Positions 30,803 through 44,625 are shown, counted from the first letter of the stretch. The stretch is DNA of 64,000 nt from the human T2T-CHM13v2.0 reference genome, Homo sapiens (GCF_009914755.1 NC_060933.1); one strand, 5' to 3'. Notes: generated from the sequence alone by a model not told the origin. A program made the numbers and translations.

Positions 30803-31805
30803 GCTAGGAGGCGTGTCAGAGAGCAAGAAAGGCCTAAATAAATGAGCTGGAGCCTGGGCTGCCGCTTGACATGGATAAAGGGGGTTTCTCTGGATGGGGC
30901 TGCCTGGCTGCTGGTAGCTCTGTCATTTAAGTCGAGAAGGACAAGTTGGTTTGACTGATATTGTTAAATATCTTGGGCTTTGCATCTGATTTTCTCCAGG
31001 TGACCGAAAAATGGGCCACATGCCCTTGTGATTTGCAGACACCTTCCCCTCTATCAGGAAGCAGCAACCTCTGAAGCCCATAGATAGGACAGGATGCAAT
31101 GTGTATGCACCAGAGGCCAAGTGGAGCCCCTCTGCCTCAAATGCTTCCCTATTCCCTAATTTCCTTCACCCATTCTCCCGTCTATTATTCCAAAATATAT
31201 TCACTGATACCTACACACGGTGCCACGACCTGTGCCTGGTATTGGAAATGCAGAGAGTTACTAACACGGAACATGTGGAAACTAGAACAAAGACAGGCGG
31301 GAGGATGTGTTGGAGGGAACCTGGGTTTGGAGGCTGTCTGCTGGCTCTGCTGCTTCCTAGGAATCACTGCAGCCTTCGCTCCATCCCCTGTGTGTAAAGG
31401 GCTAGTGAGGGGCTGGGATGGAGAATTACTGAGAGCACGGATGGGAAGCAACTCGGAGTTGAACTGAGTGCTGACCCTGTGGGAGGCCACTGAGGTGAAC
31501 TTGGCAGTGACTGGACACCCCTGGCATCTCAGTTTCTGACCCTGAGAGAGTCCTTTGGAATAATTCACCCGGCCCTGAAGACACACATCACCAGGGAGCC
31601 AACACTGGCCCTCCCCGCCCTGAGCCGGGCACCCAGCCTCCCCAACAAACCCGCAGAAAGCACAGATGGGGAGGAGAAGCCTAGCTCCTGGCACAGGGCT
31701 GGGCCTCAGCAAGCGGTCCCCTTCCTTCTTCCTTCTGGATCTGGTAAAGAAAACAAAGCTCAGGAGTCCCCCAGCCAGCTGCATTCTGAATTTTTTCATT
31801 AGGAA

Positions 31806-31852
31806 AGAGAGAGAGAGCGAGAGAGAGCGAGAGAGAGCGAGAGCGAGAGAGA

Positions 31853-31895
<43 letters not shown>
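31806..31895. repeat. (GA)n microsatellite, ~90 bp, with GC/CA interruptions
   Basis: Directly visible. Confidence 0.97.
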
Positions 31896-31896
<1 letters not shown>

Positions 31897-32796
31897 CCAA
31901 GGTGGTAAAAATCTCAAGGGAGCTCTGAGCCAGGGAAAAGTTCTTCAGACGTGACTGCAGAGGAGGAGATGCCCACCTCTGCTTCTCAGGCCAGAGCTCG
32001 ACCCCTCCTTACAGAGCCAGGCAGGCCACGGACTGGAGCTGTCCCCCAACGGGCTCCAGACTGGCAGGGTCCTCCTCAGAGGGAGGAGGTGGGCGAGGGC
32101 AGGGTTCTGCCCATCTTCCCAGGGCCGTCAGGACAGGCACCGTGCTGGGCTTATTTAAGCCTCACTACACTCCTGCAAGGAGGGGATTACACATCCACCT
32201 TATGGAAGGGGAACTGAGGATTGGAGAGGTGAATAACTGCTCAGGGTCCAGGGAGGCAGAAGCAGAGCAGACAGGAGCCCGCTTAGGTCCCTCATGTTTC
32301 TGTTTCCAACAAAACACAGCACTGTGACTGCAGTAACCTGACAGCCATGACCCCACCTCCACCTCCCCCACCTGTATGGGCAGTACCCCAGGACCCTGCA
32401 TGGTGGGCACTGTTGTGGAGGCACTGTGAAGCAGGGAGCACAGGTGAGCCAGAGGGCTGGTAGCACTGCAGCTGGGCTGCCCTGCGTGGCGTTCACATAC
32501 CTGGCCTTCTACCCTGCAGGCTCATTCTGCCCCCAGTGACCTACTGTTCTCAGGCCCTGCCCTGGCACCCGCCTCAGGGGCCATTCCCTGCAGACATCCC
32601 CCTGTGTCTGCTCACCAGCTTTCTCTCACACCTTATGTGCCAAAGGCCTTAAATGGACTCACATCCGTTTACCCAGTAAATCCATGTCAAGGAATCCGCC
32701 TAAGAAAATAATTCAAACCATGCATAAAGATTTATATAAAGATGTTTAGCACAGTGTGGTATCATGAAACATTACTGACAATCAAAAAGACCAGCA

Positions 32797-33100
32797 TGCC
32801 GGGCACGGTGGCTCATGCCTGTAATCTCAGCACGAGATTTGGGAGTCTGGGGCTGAAGGATCACTCGAGCCCAGGAGTTGAAACCAGCTGGGCAACATAG
32901 CAAGACCTTATCTCTACAAAAATTAAAAATAAATTAGCTGAGTTCAGTGGCATGCACCTGTAGTCCCAGCTAGCTGGGAGGCTGATGTGGGAGGATCACT
33001 TCAGCCTAGGAGGTTGAGGCTGCCATGAGCCATGATCATGCCACTCCAGCCTAGGCAATAGAGCGAGACCCCGTCTCAAAATAATAATAATAATACAATA
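32797..33100 (+). mobile_element. AluJ, TSD aaagaccagca
   Basis: J-type ggatcactcgagcccagg, gaggttgaggctg; (AAT)n tail; TSD 32786-32796 and 33119-33129; lies within an old L1 fragment. Confidence 0.9.
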
Positions 33101-33149
33101 GTAAAATAATTTTTTTTTAAAGACCAGCACTAGGAAAAGATGGTGGGCC

Positions 33150-33285
33150 TTGGCTCTGATTTCAGATCACAGGAACTTGACAGAAATCTCTGAGGGGGGC
33201 CTGGACATTTGCCTTTTTAAAAGCCCCCCCCCCCCCGCTCCTCATCCCTCCGTGATTCTGATCCGCGGCCAGGGTTGGGAACCAC
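33150..33285. mobile_element. MER5A fragment containing a C13 run
   Basis: cagaaatctctgagggggg...gtgattctgat...ccagggttgggaaccac. Confidence 0.6.
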
Positions 33286-33576
33286 AAGGGTCACCTGATA
33301 GGCTCTGCTCAGCCACTGTCAATGATGTCTAAGAAGAGTTTTTATGTGGTGTGGAAAATGCTTACACAAACTAAAAGGCAAAAAAAATATTAATAACTAG
33401 GATACTGGATTGCTTTCTCAGGCATATCTCATCTGCCTAGAAGGAAGTTAAAAAACCAAAACCCAAAAATGTAAAAACAAAAGAAACGAAAAATCCTAGA
33501 AGCTGGATGGAAACCTGCCACCACTGTATCTCACCTTGCGACGATAGGATTATGGGTGGTGCTTTCTCATTTCTAG

Positions 33577-33869
<293 letters not shown>

Positions 33870-34059
33870 ATGAAGAGCAGGTGCTATTTTTATAACCAGA
33901 GAAACAACAAAAAGACAAGTGGCCTTGGGGAGGGCCTCAGCACACCCTGGCAGGCTCACTCAAGGCACCATCCTCCCCCCGATGCAGCCAACGCCTCCTC
34001 CCTATTTCTTGGGCTCATATGTACTTTGCAGTCATTATTTTAAACTAATCCGCTCAACA

Positions 34060-34283
34060 TTTTTAAAAGACAGGGTCTCACCCTGTTGCCCAGGCTGGAA
34101 TGCAGTGGCACCATCTTGGCCTACTGCAGCCTCAAACTCCTGGGCTGAAGTGGTCCTCCTGTCAGCCTCCCAAGTAGCTGGGACCACAGGCATGTGATAC
34201 TACATCCAGCTAATTTATTTTTTGTAGAGATGGGGTCTCTCTATGTTGCCCAGGCTGGTCTTAAATGTGCCACCATGCCTGGC
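34060..34283 (-). mobile_element. AluJ with left-arm internal deletion
   Basis: Right arm intact; left arm jumps from ggtcttaaa to tgtgccaccatgcctggc. Confidence 0.85.
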
Positions 34284-34505
34284 TGCCCCAAGCAATCTTA
34301 CATGGGGAATGTTGTTACATCATATTTTAGAAGAGGGGAATTTGCCAAAATTAAATCTATAGTTTAAAAACCATCTAGGTGACATGGTGATGACCACGAC
34401 TTGAAGCTTGGTTGGAAAATTCCAGGCCTTCTGGTTTCCTTCTCCACCTTATGGAAGAAAGCCATTGTGGTTCAGATGAACAGGATTGAAAGGCTGACAG
34501 GTCTG

Positions 34506-34690
34506 CCATATTTCATTGATTCTAAGATGAAAATTACTTCCCATTGTAACATTTCTGAAATCTGGATGTGTCTTATAATTGGTGGCATCCTTCGATTATA
34601 ATTGGCACCACTCTTTTCCCTTTCTTAATGGTACATAAACTAATAGTACATCTTATGACTGAACAGCATCTTACATTCAAGGACAAGTGC
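34506..34690. mobile_element. MER104 (TcMar-Tc2)
   Basis: ccatatttcattgattctaagatg...tctgaaatctggatgtgtctta...catcttacattc. Confidence 0.65.
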
Positions 34691-34904
34691 CATGTCTCCA
34701 TCTAAATCCATCATGTTATCTCTAAGCTGATAGAATATTACATAGCCATTAAAACTATCATAAGACAGACTTTAATTTATTTCACCAGTTACCTAACATG
34801 GATACTCAGTATACTCCAGTGTTTTACCATTAGAAATGCTGCTACTGTGAACACCTTGGCATTAAGCATTTCCTTTTGCAACTAGGGGTGTCTTCATCCT
34901 CTCC

Positions 34905-35410
34905 TAGGCTCCAAATCTTGGGAGACATTTTGACACTTCTTGCTGTTCATCTCCCATATTTGATCTATTGCGGAGTCTTGCTACTTCCTCCTTCATGGTC
35001 CCTGTTCCTGGTGGAGCCACCCGGGGCTCTCTTCTGAGTTCCCATAACACTCCTCTAACTGGTTTCTCTGCCTCCAGCTCTCCTTTTAGTCCATCACTGT
35101 ACTACTGCTCAAAGGCAACTTCAGTCATGTCACATTTCTGCTCAAAAACTTACACTCCTCACAGGGTAAAGTTCACTCTCTTAGCGTAGCATCCAAGGCT
35201 CCGCCAAATTTGGCTCTATCCTCTCCTGCAGCCCCATCTCCCCACCCAATTGCTCCAAAGAAAATGGCGCACTCACTGGCTATGAGGGGCCCTGTCTCCA
35301 AGCCTTTGCTTCCTCAGTTACCTCCACCCTCACTCTAGGAAGGGATGCTCCCTTCTTTCTTTTCCCAAACCTTACTCATCAGACCCAGTTCAAGTTTCAC
35401 CTTCCTGATG
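34905..35410 (+). mobile_element. L2 fragment
   Basis: ctcctctaactggtttctctgcctccag, catgtcacatttctgctcaaaa. Confidence 0.6.
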
Positions 35411-35439
35411 AAATGTGTTATGGCTCAATTGATCCTCAG

Positions 35440-35585
35440 GAAGGACAGGCAGGCTTATCCTCATTTCACAGATGAAGAAACTGAAGTTTAAATGGATTAA
35501 ATGGCTTGCTCAACTTTTAGACAGCTAAGAAGTGCAGAGCCAGGCTTGAAACTCCAGGGCTTCTGTCCTTAAATCCAGTGCCTTC
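35440..35585 (-). mobile_element. MIR SINE
   Basis: cattt cacagatgaagaaactgaag...gcagagccaggcttgaaactccagg. Confidence 0.75.
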
Positions 35586-37395
35586 CAGCACCTTGTGCAA
35601 GTACAACGATAAACTCCTCCCGTGGAGGAGCCTGTGCCCAGATCCTGCAGCAGCAATATGTCCCGAACTTCAGCTGCCTTTGGATTCCAGATGCACACAG
35701 GCCAACAATGAGATCACTGCAAGAGTGAAAATACTTCAAGTCTGTCCATTCCCAGCAACCCAAGCAAAGGATTGGGCCAGTTGTCCTATTCATTCCCATT
35801 TTAAAGGGGGGAAGACAACTGTATTTTCCTTGAATTGTGCCAGCTGTCACTGCTTTGAACCTGATTGGTTTGGCTGGACCCAAGATCGTGACAAGTAATC
35901 AGAGCCATGTCACTTTGAGACTAGCAGGACACTATCAAGAACTGGCTTTAAGCTGAAGGGCTTTCGAGAAACCTAAGGGAAATATGTCTCAGGAAGCAAA
36001 AAGAGAGTGTATCCCTTCTGCTATGTGAGCACACAGTGACGATGGCACTGCCCAAAGCTCAGGCAGCCTAGAGAGTAAGGCCTAAGTGCTAGATGGATAA
36101 AAAGGAGTAGGAGGGTGGGGTTAGGACGCTGCTCCCTGAGCACCCACTGCCCCGGCCACTTCACAGAGAGCAGGTCCTGGGTGATGGGGAAACAAGGTGT
36201 TTGCTGTTACTCTTTGTGTTTTACTTGAATACACGACGGAGTCAGAGCAGTAAAGATACTTACCAATGTATAATTGCGGCTTACAAGGAAGCGTGACCCC
36301 TGCTCACAATCAGAATTTCTATAAAGAATGCATTGTCTCACATCCCCTCATCTTTTGTGATTTGATCTAATTAAATGCTATAGGTTAAAGTAAAAATAGA
36401 AACAAACAGCCCCGGCCTATAGGCAGTGAAGCCAGTGCTGGTCCCTTACACCCAACTCTGATTCTGACTCCGACTAGGCTGGGTGTGACAGCGTCACTCA
36501 CCCGTTCAAGACGAAGGCAGCCCTGTGCTCCTGGGAGAACAGGCCTGTCGGCAAGGTTTCCCTCCAACATTCTCCCCTCTGCAGGGTGACCCAGGTCCCT
36601 AGGCCAGTTCCTGCATTCTCCTCAACCAGAAAGCCAAGAGTAGGCCGAGGAGAGAAACAGCAAAGAAGAACTTCTCTCTGAAGCTAAGAGGACTGCTACT
36701 GCCCTTGGTTTCAGAGAAGACCTGCTGTCTTCACATCCTTGCAATCACGAGTCACTTCCTGAGGCAGGCAGGGGACATAGATAAGTCAACGAGGCCCAGA
36801 AAGGGGGAAGGGCCAGAGGTGGGCAAGGTCACTTCCCGGTCTTCATTGTGGTCACTTACACCAAAACCACTCTCAGGAGCCATGAGGCGTGAGACCCAGG
36901 AGGCTCTGCTTTCTCAAGCGTGGAGGAGCGGTCCCGTGAAAGAACAGGGGTGGCGAGGCCCAGTGGGAAAGCAGGGGCTCCGGGGCCATCTGGCTTTTCC
37001 GGGCTAAGTTGTTTCTCTTCCCTGAGTCTTGGTTTCCTCATTTGTAAAGTGGAGCTGATCACCGCTACTGCACAGGTGCACTGTGAAGCCCCAGGGAGAG
37101 CAGGTGAGTGTGAGGGGCCTGGCGCTGCATCTGACACGCGGTTGGGGCTTACTGTCTAGGGTGGTGCACAGGGCATAACAGCCCCCAGAGCAGTGAGGGT
37201 CTCACACATGATAGCACAGCCTCCTTGTGTTGAGAGGTATGGCAAGGGGAGTACACTGTCCCCCACCACAAACACACACAAGCTCTTCTAGATGAATCTG
37301 GAAACCAGAAGAATCATGGCATTTCTTGTGGCCCCTGAGGTATGCTTCTCAGCCCTGACCAAACACAGGCTCTGTGACATGCCAAGGCTACTCAC

Positions 37396-37521
37396 CGGCT
37401 CGATTTTCAGAGCGTTTCGGTAGCTACCGAAGAAAGCAGCCTGGGCCTTGAGGAACGCTCTGGCCACACCATCCCCAGTGGTTGTGGAGACCTTTTTCAG
37501 CCTGTTCTTCAGGGAAGAGAT
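37396..37521 (-). CDS. DENND1A: DENND1A internal coding exon (126 nt, phase 0-0): ISSLKNRLKKVSTTTGDGVARAFLKAQAAFFGSYRNALKIEP
   Basis: Minus strand reads gttttccttctctccatcaccag|ATCTCTTCC...ATCGAGCCG|gtgagtag. Contained in ORF 37288..37632. TGDGVARAFL..AQA..FGSYR is a DENND1 signature, and the residues match my recollection of DENND1A rather than DENND1B/C. Confidence 0.97.
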
Positions 37522-37615
37522 CTGGTGATGGAGAGAAGGAAAACACAGGTTGAGGACAGGGTCAAAGTAGGGTGGCTGACTAAGCCCACTACATATGGAG
37601 CCCTGGAAGATCCTA

Positions 37616-37876
<261 letters not shown>

Positions 37877-38654
37877 CTATTAGAACATGTCTAATAAAAA
37901 CAAAAACAATTTTTAATGACTTACTCCATGCCAGGTAAGCACTTTTGCATACATTTTACAATTTAGTTATTTTAACAATCCGGTGAGGAAGGGATTAATG
38001 TTCCCATCTTACAAGGGTAAAACAGCCTCAGGGAGGTTAGGCTACATACCTAGCAACAAACTCAAGACATGGGCCACATTCCAATCAAAGTCTTGTAGTC
38101 TGGGCCCAAACTCAGACTTTCAGTTCCCATTCTATCCCCTCTTAAAGCTACTTACAAATGTTAGAATAAAGGCTTATTTATATTTCTCACACATCATACT
38201 CTAAAGGAAGTGTGGCAGCTTATACTAATAGACATGTACTCAAGAGGTTAAAACAAAAAACTCGGAAGTGATGGTAATGGGCAAAGAAGCACGTAATACA
38301 TTTGGTATATAAATGTAAGCCACCAGGTCTTACATGGTGGCTAGAAATGAGCTTAAATTTGACTTAAAAGCCTCCTAGTAGCCAAAGCAAGGAGGGAAAG
38401 ATGAAGGTTGTGAGACTCCACAGGTCCACGTACTACAAACAAACCCGTTGGCCAAATGGAATAAAGATTTTCCTGAAAAGTGAGACATAAAAAACAATGT
38501 AGGAAAGACTGTGTGACATGGTGGCTGTTGCCCTCAACATCAAGCTTCCCGGACTATTTCTAACATGCCCTTCATTCATCTCAAGATGCCACGCTTCAGA
38601 GCACACCTTTCACGCTGCGTTCCCCATAAGAGGAATTGTGCGACGTGGTGACCT

Positions 38655-39190
38655 CGAGTTATCCATTCACTCAGCAAATATTTATTATTTCCTATGTACC
38701 GAGGACTATGTTAGGTGTTGAGAATGCAAGGGATACAATGAAACCACACGTGGGTCTTGCCCTCATTCAGCTGACATTCTAGTGAGAAAAACAGGAATGC
38801 ATGTGCCATTGCTACTGTGACGAGCCTGTAACAGAGCTTGTCAAGAAGGTCAAGGAAGGCTTCCTGGAGGGCAACAAGCTTGCACTAAGATCTGAAGGAT
38901 GGGTGAGGGTGGTTAACTCAGCAAAGAGGGGTGAGCACCGCGTGCTAAGTACGGGGAGTGGTGTGCAAAGGCCCTGCAGCGAAGAAGAGTTCAGGGAACA
39001 GAAAGAACCCTGGCTTCGGTGGCGAAAATGAGGGGAATATGGCTTGAAATGAGGCTGGAGAGAAAGGCAGGGGCCTGAAGGGATTTTTTTCCTTCATCTT
39101 GAGAGAGAAACAGAAAACTAATGATTGGTTTTAAGCATGCAGGTAACATATCAAGAGCACGTTTCACAGAAACTAATTCTGTAAGAGACC
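38655..39190 (-). mobile_element. L2 fragment
   Basis: atccattcactcagcaaatattta, ggtcaaggaaggcttcctggagg, gtgcaaaggccctg. Confidence 0.75.
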
Positions 39191-39249
39191 AGCTACTGGT
39201 ATGACATCATTTAAAGACAAAACTTAGGATAAAATAGAAAATTAGATTT

Positions 39250-39378
39250 AGGTGGTCCATGAATCCTTTACAGATTTTTAGTATGAATGAGTGAAGATTA
39301 TTTTTCTGGGCGCAGGATCCACAGCTTTCCTCAGATTCCTAAAGGTGCCTGTGACCCTAGAAATATTAAGAATCACTT
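39250..39378. mobile_element. MER103C-like hAT fragment
   Basis: tttttctggg..gatccacagctttcctcagattc..aaagg..tgtgaccc..ttaagaatcact. Confidence 0.6.
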
Positions 39379-39483
39379 GCTGAGAAGTCTGGGGAAAAAA
39401 AAATCCGACCTGGGAAGGACTAGATCATACTTTAGAAATGATCCACGCACATTAGGTCTTGTACCCAAGCTTCTGATAAGAAA

Positions 39484-40005
39484 AACTTTTAATAGCTTAT
39501 TGAGACATATTTCACATATAAAATTCATTCATTTAAAGTACACAGTTCGGTGGTTTTTAGTGTAGTCACAAGACTGTACAACCATCACTACTAACTCCAG
39601 AACATTTTTATTACCCCCGAAAGAAACCTCATACTCATTAGCTGTCACTCCCCATTACCTATCAATTTTTCCCCCACACCAGACCCAAGCAACCACTCAC
39701 CTTCCTTCTGTCTCTACAGGTTGGCCTACTCTGGACATTTCATATAAATGGAATTAACAATAGGTAGTCTTTTGCCATCAGATTATTTCCCTTAGCACAG
39801 TGCTTTTATGAACAAGGTTCGTCCATGTTGTAGCATTGTGTCAAGACTTCATACTTTTTATGGCTAAATAATATTCCACTGTATGGATAGACCACATTTT
39901 ATCGATCTGTTCATCTGCAGATGGACATTTGGGCTGTTTCTACTTCTTGGCTGTTATGAATAATGCTGCTACGAAGATTCATGTGCAAGCTTTTGTGTGG
40001 AGACA
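39484..40005 (-). mobile_element. L1MB 3' end
   Basis: atttaaagtacacagttc, ctggacatttcatataaatggaat, gatggacatttgggctgtttc. Confidence 0.88.
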
Positions 40006-40259
40006 ATGGAAATTTTGAGGTGACAATCTGAAAAGCAAAAATCCTCTGCCAGACCTTATGCAATGAAGACAAGCTGGAAGGATACATGAAGTCACCAAGC
40101 ACAGTGCTCAGTGCCTAGGAAGCCATTCATAAATGTGAACTGTGTACAGGAAAACAATCCTTTGCTGTTGATAAAGGGCGTGCCTCATGTTTGGACACTA
40201 AACTGAGTGAAGATGGGACTGATACCCTCCTCTGATAAGTTAGAAGCCATGGGGACGTG

Positions 40260-40530
40260 CCCAGCGCTTTGGGAAGCCAAGGCAGGAGGATCGTTTGAGG
40301 CCAGGAGTTCAAAACCAGCCTGGGCAACACAGTGAGATCCCATCTCTATAAAAAATATAAAAAGATTTAGCCAGCCATGGTGGCACCTGCCTGTAGTCTC
40401 AGCTACTTAGAAGGCTGAGGTGGGAGGACTGCTTGAGCCCAGGAGTTTGAGGTTGCAATGAGCTATGATTGCACCGTGGCACTCCAGCCTGGGTGACAGA
40501 GTGAGACCCTGTCTCAAAAAAAAAAAAAAA
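40260..40530 (+). mobile_element. AluJ, 5'-truncated
   Basis: ggaggatcgtttgaggccagg, gagctatgattgcac, A tail. Confidence 0.9.
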
Positions 40531-42189
40531 GGAAAAGTAAAAAGCCCTGGGAACATACACTGAGGGGGTAGTTATCCCACCTCTACTCCAAGAGGGGACC
40601 ATGGAAAACAATTCCTTTGGAAGCAGTTTGAAGTCTACCTCAACATCCGGGTATCTATAACTGATTTATTATGACCTCCCCTTATCAAGGACACATAAGC
40701 CCCAGCCCCACAGTGATGAGAGCCCCTGAGGAGCAATGCAGGCCACTCAGCACCCAGGCTGACTCTGCCATGGACTTCCACCTACAAAGAGAAGTATGAA
40801 AAAGCAGCATGCTCTATTAACATGCTAAAAATACTACCCACTCCCTGCCCCTGCCCCCAAAATAAAAATAAAAATCCTTCCCCTCCCAGGGACTACAGTG
40901 ACATTTCCATCCTTTGAAATGGTGCAAGCCACTGTCGCTCTCCTTCTGGCTCCTCAAGGGCCTTGGGCCACCTGTGCCGCAGATTATTCCTCACTTAACC
41001 TTCCCTGGCCTTTCTCTTTCATTCGGGAGGTGTTTAATTACCTTGGATTCACAACGCTGCACTTCAGGTGAGCCTCTCCTAATGGCCTCATTACCATTTT
41101 ACACAAAGAAGGAGTCGTTGATTGTAACTGAGCAAATACGAGTGTGTCCCTTCCTGCCTGCCCCAGCTGGTCTGAAACTAGCCAAGTGGTCCTGGGCTCC
41201 TGATGCCCCTGTGACCACTTAGGCCAGGACTTCTGAAGACCTCTTGTCACCCTGAAACATGGAGAAGCTTTTGTCTTGACCTGCCAGCACCTCAAACTTT
41301 GAAACTGCAAGTATCTGTGCATCTGATCGCTGGGGAGTAGCATTTGTCCTTTAAATAAAAGTAAGGGAAGACAATTTCAGGTTTAAACAACACAGAGTCA
41401 TATATCTAAAGCTGAACTTGCCCTCAGTACCCCGAGGGGTGCTGGTCAAATCATTAACATCGGGATTCATCAGGGGTAATTTGGGTGTGTTGTAAGTGCT
41501 GGTGAGGATGGCTTCCTCCTTTAATCGGGTGTTATAGGAGGAAGACAAGGCAAAGGAAAGAGGGGGCAAAACTGAACTTGCCAGCTTCTGTCTAAGACGC
41601 CCTTTCCCCTCTGTGTGCCATCTTGGTTACCGCAGCATCATCCGGCCAGTCTCCTGGGCCAGGCGTCAGATGTCAGATTCCCTACTTCTCCCTCCTTCCC
41701 ACAAACATTCTCCACATCTCCTCAACACCAACCCAGATATGCCCTGAATCCATCCTCTCCTCTCAGTGCCCATGACATTGGCCCTGCAAATTCAGCTCCA
41801 TCACCCTCTCTGGCCCAGACTAGTGGAGCGGTTTCCTCAGTGGGCCTTCTTCTGCCTTCAGTTTCTCCTCAATGCCATTCACCCATATCTGTCCTAGTAA
41901 TCTTGGAAAAATCCAAATCCAATCACTTTGATCCTCCATCAAAACCCTTCGGTGCCCCCGCCCTTCACCATCATCACCTTCAGAAAAACATCCAAACTTC
42001 CACGAGCAGACTGTGCAGGCTGTCCTCCATCAGCCTCACTTCCACCTGCCCCACTTAATGTTAAACTTGGATGTCCAGAAGCACAGGCTACTCTTCAGCC
42101 CATTTCCATGTCACTAGCTCAGTCCTGGCTGTCTCTTGTCCCTTCCTGTCCTGCTTGTGAACATCTATTCAGCCTCTGAAAGACCATCC

Positions 42190-42530
42190 AAGTCTCCATC
42201 AATGGGGGCCTCTGAAATACATTATCCCGCATCCTCACCAGGAAATATCACATAGCTGCCAAAAAGGACATGGCGGTACTCTATGAACTGACACAAAAAG
42301 ATGTCTGTCAAATACTGTCGAGTGAGGAAAAACATGCAGGTTGCAGAGTAACATGTACAGCATGAACCATTTAAAAATTATATATAAATATATATGCAGT
42401 AAAAATCTAAAATGCTACATTACCAAACTTTAACCATGCAAGGATGCTTTCACTTTCTATTTTACACACTTGATTGTTTTGATTATCCTTTATAAAAAAG
42501 CATATGTTACTTTTATAATAAAGAATTAAA
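42190..42530 (+). mobile_element. L1ME 3' fragment
   Basis: aagtctccatcaatgggg, gttgcagagtaacatgtacagcatg, tacttttataat. Confidence 0.55.
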
Positions 42531-44424
42531 ATGAGGTATTTTTCTTTAATAGTCAAATTACCCATTGCCTTGGGTTAAGGGAAAGAGGGAATCCAGATGT
42601 CCCCCCATCTGTGAAGCCTGCCCTGACCACTAAGTCTGGGCCTCCTTGGACTGAGCAGGTGGTTCCATGGTGAGCTGCAGTTTCTACCTCCTTTCCTGAT
42701 GGACTGAGTTCCCCGCAGGGCCAGCAGCCAGCACAGTTCTTGACTCAGTGTACTCATGCAGTACTTTCTGCCAAATGAAAGAACGAATGAGCAAGTGCTT
42801 GACATTGTGAAAGGCATTTTCAGTGGCTGAGCCTCTCTGCTTGGAGGAAAGTCTAGGATCACATTCTTTAGTGACGGATCATTAGAAGAAACTGGTCTCT
42901 GTTGGAAAGGATGGGAAGAGAAAGTGATATTCATTCCTCTTCTGTAGAATGCCATTGCTAAGACACAACCACAATGGCAGGAGAAATGAACATCTATCTG
43001 CATGCTGAATGAGTCAGAGGGAACAAGGAGACTGGTCTTATACAACCACAAACTTACCACATCCAGTAACACACACAGTATTGCCCCGGCCCTGCCTTCA
43101 CCCGACCGTGTACCCCTGTTCCTCCTTTCACTGGTCACTGTTCTCAACCTCTCAGGTCCCCTGGCTTCATCTACTCCTCTGTCCCCACTGCACTCCTCAG
43201 GCAGTAAAACATAGAGTTTGAATCACAGAAGCCTAGGTCTAAGATTGGCTTCGCTGGACCTGGCTTCCCTACTTTCTTAACCTTTCTGAGCTTTAGTTCT
43301 TTGGCTGTAAAATGAAGTATGTACAACATGTATACATTGTGAGGAGTAAAATATAATGGATATAAAATGAAGAATGGATGTAGTAGAGTGCCTGGCTTTT
43401 TTTAGTTTAGATTCATCTTTTACCAGTACTATTACAACAGTCTTTGAGCTCGTATCTCTTCCTCTATTCTCTTCCTAGTCTAATTCATCCTTCGCATTGA
43501 ATTACCTTCCTAAAACAAGAGGTTATATCATGTCATTCCCTCTAAAATTTTTAGTGGCTCCCTACTGTGAATATAATAAAGTCTAAATTCCTTAGCACAA
43601 TATTTAAGGCCTGTTATGGGCTTGGCTCAAGCTCCATTTGCACCTTTGTCTTCTACTTGATTTCAAAGGCCTCAAAACCCATTCGCAAACCTGGGATATT
43701 CTTTATCGTATTCTCTAACAAACTTTTTATTAAAAAATACAAGCCTCCAACTTTCTGTCAGAACAAATAGCTCTTTCTCAGGGCATGATGGCCTATTCCT
43801 TTGTTGATTCCTAATCTTTGCAGGTCCCATGCTGGAGATGTGCTGGAAACGGAACTGCAGAGGAGGGAGGGCCTGTCTCCCAAGGACTTCCAGTTTAGCC
43901 CCTACAAATCGGCTACAAGTTAGCTTACTGCTACTTCAGAAGGGGTTCTCATGTTGTATAAACCATCATCCTATTCTTTAGCCCTTTATATACCAGCAGT
44001 TTACATGTCTTTCTCCCCAGGAGAATGAAAATACCCTTTTAATACACATTAGTGCTCAACAAGTAGAGTGTTTTTCCTTTATCACTTGGTTGCAACTTCT
44101 GGGGCCTGGGAGTGGATGGCAGACTATTGAGTGTTCACCTCTAAGACAATCCTATCTATCTCTTTCCATCAATGCTGGCACCTTAAGATTTCTCAGCTCT
44201 TCTCCACTGCTCTGGAGAAAAAGACTAAAGCCCTAGCCTGGCCTGGAAGGCCCCGTTTGATTTGGCCAGTCTCTGAGATGAGAGGCTCTTGCATCCTCCT
44301 TTGTGGCTTTAGCCACCCACACTGGGCTCCAGTCCCACTGGCCTCCCCCTTACCCCAGGACCTTTGCATAGGTTATTTCCGGTGTGGAGTGCTCTCACCC
44401 ACCATTGCCCCCCTGCCTAGAATT

Positions 44425-44625
44425 CTGCATTGTCCAACAGAACTTTCTGCAGTGATGGAAATAATCTGTCTTCTATCCAATGCCATCCAATATGCTAGCT
44501 ACTACTGAGCACTTGAAATGTGGCTGGTGTGACTGAGAAGCTGAAACTTTTATTCTATTTCATTTCAATCCATTTAAATTTAAATAGCCATATGTGAATA
44601 GTGGCTACCATATTGGACAACACAG
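44425..44625. mobile_element. MER3 (hAT-Charlie) nested in L2
   Basis: tgtccaacagaactttctgcagtgatggaaat...gtggctaccatattggacaacacag. Confidence 0.8.

Noticed and set aside
31185-31799. Longest ORF (204 aa, minus strand)
   Set aside because: No recognisable domain; composition typical of GC-rich non-coding DNA; intronic. An ORF this long is not surprising by chance in 64 kb.
33224-33236. C13 run as a G-quadruplex
   Set aside because: Too short by itself for a three-tier G4 with loops; an expanded homopolymer inside MER5A.
42575-43147. 190-aa minus-strand ORF
   Set aside because: No homology recognised, non-ATG start, no exon-like boundaries.
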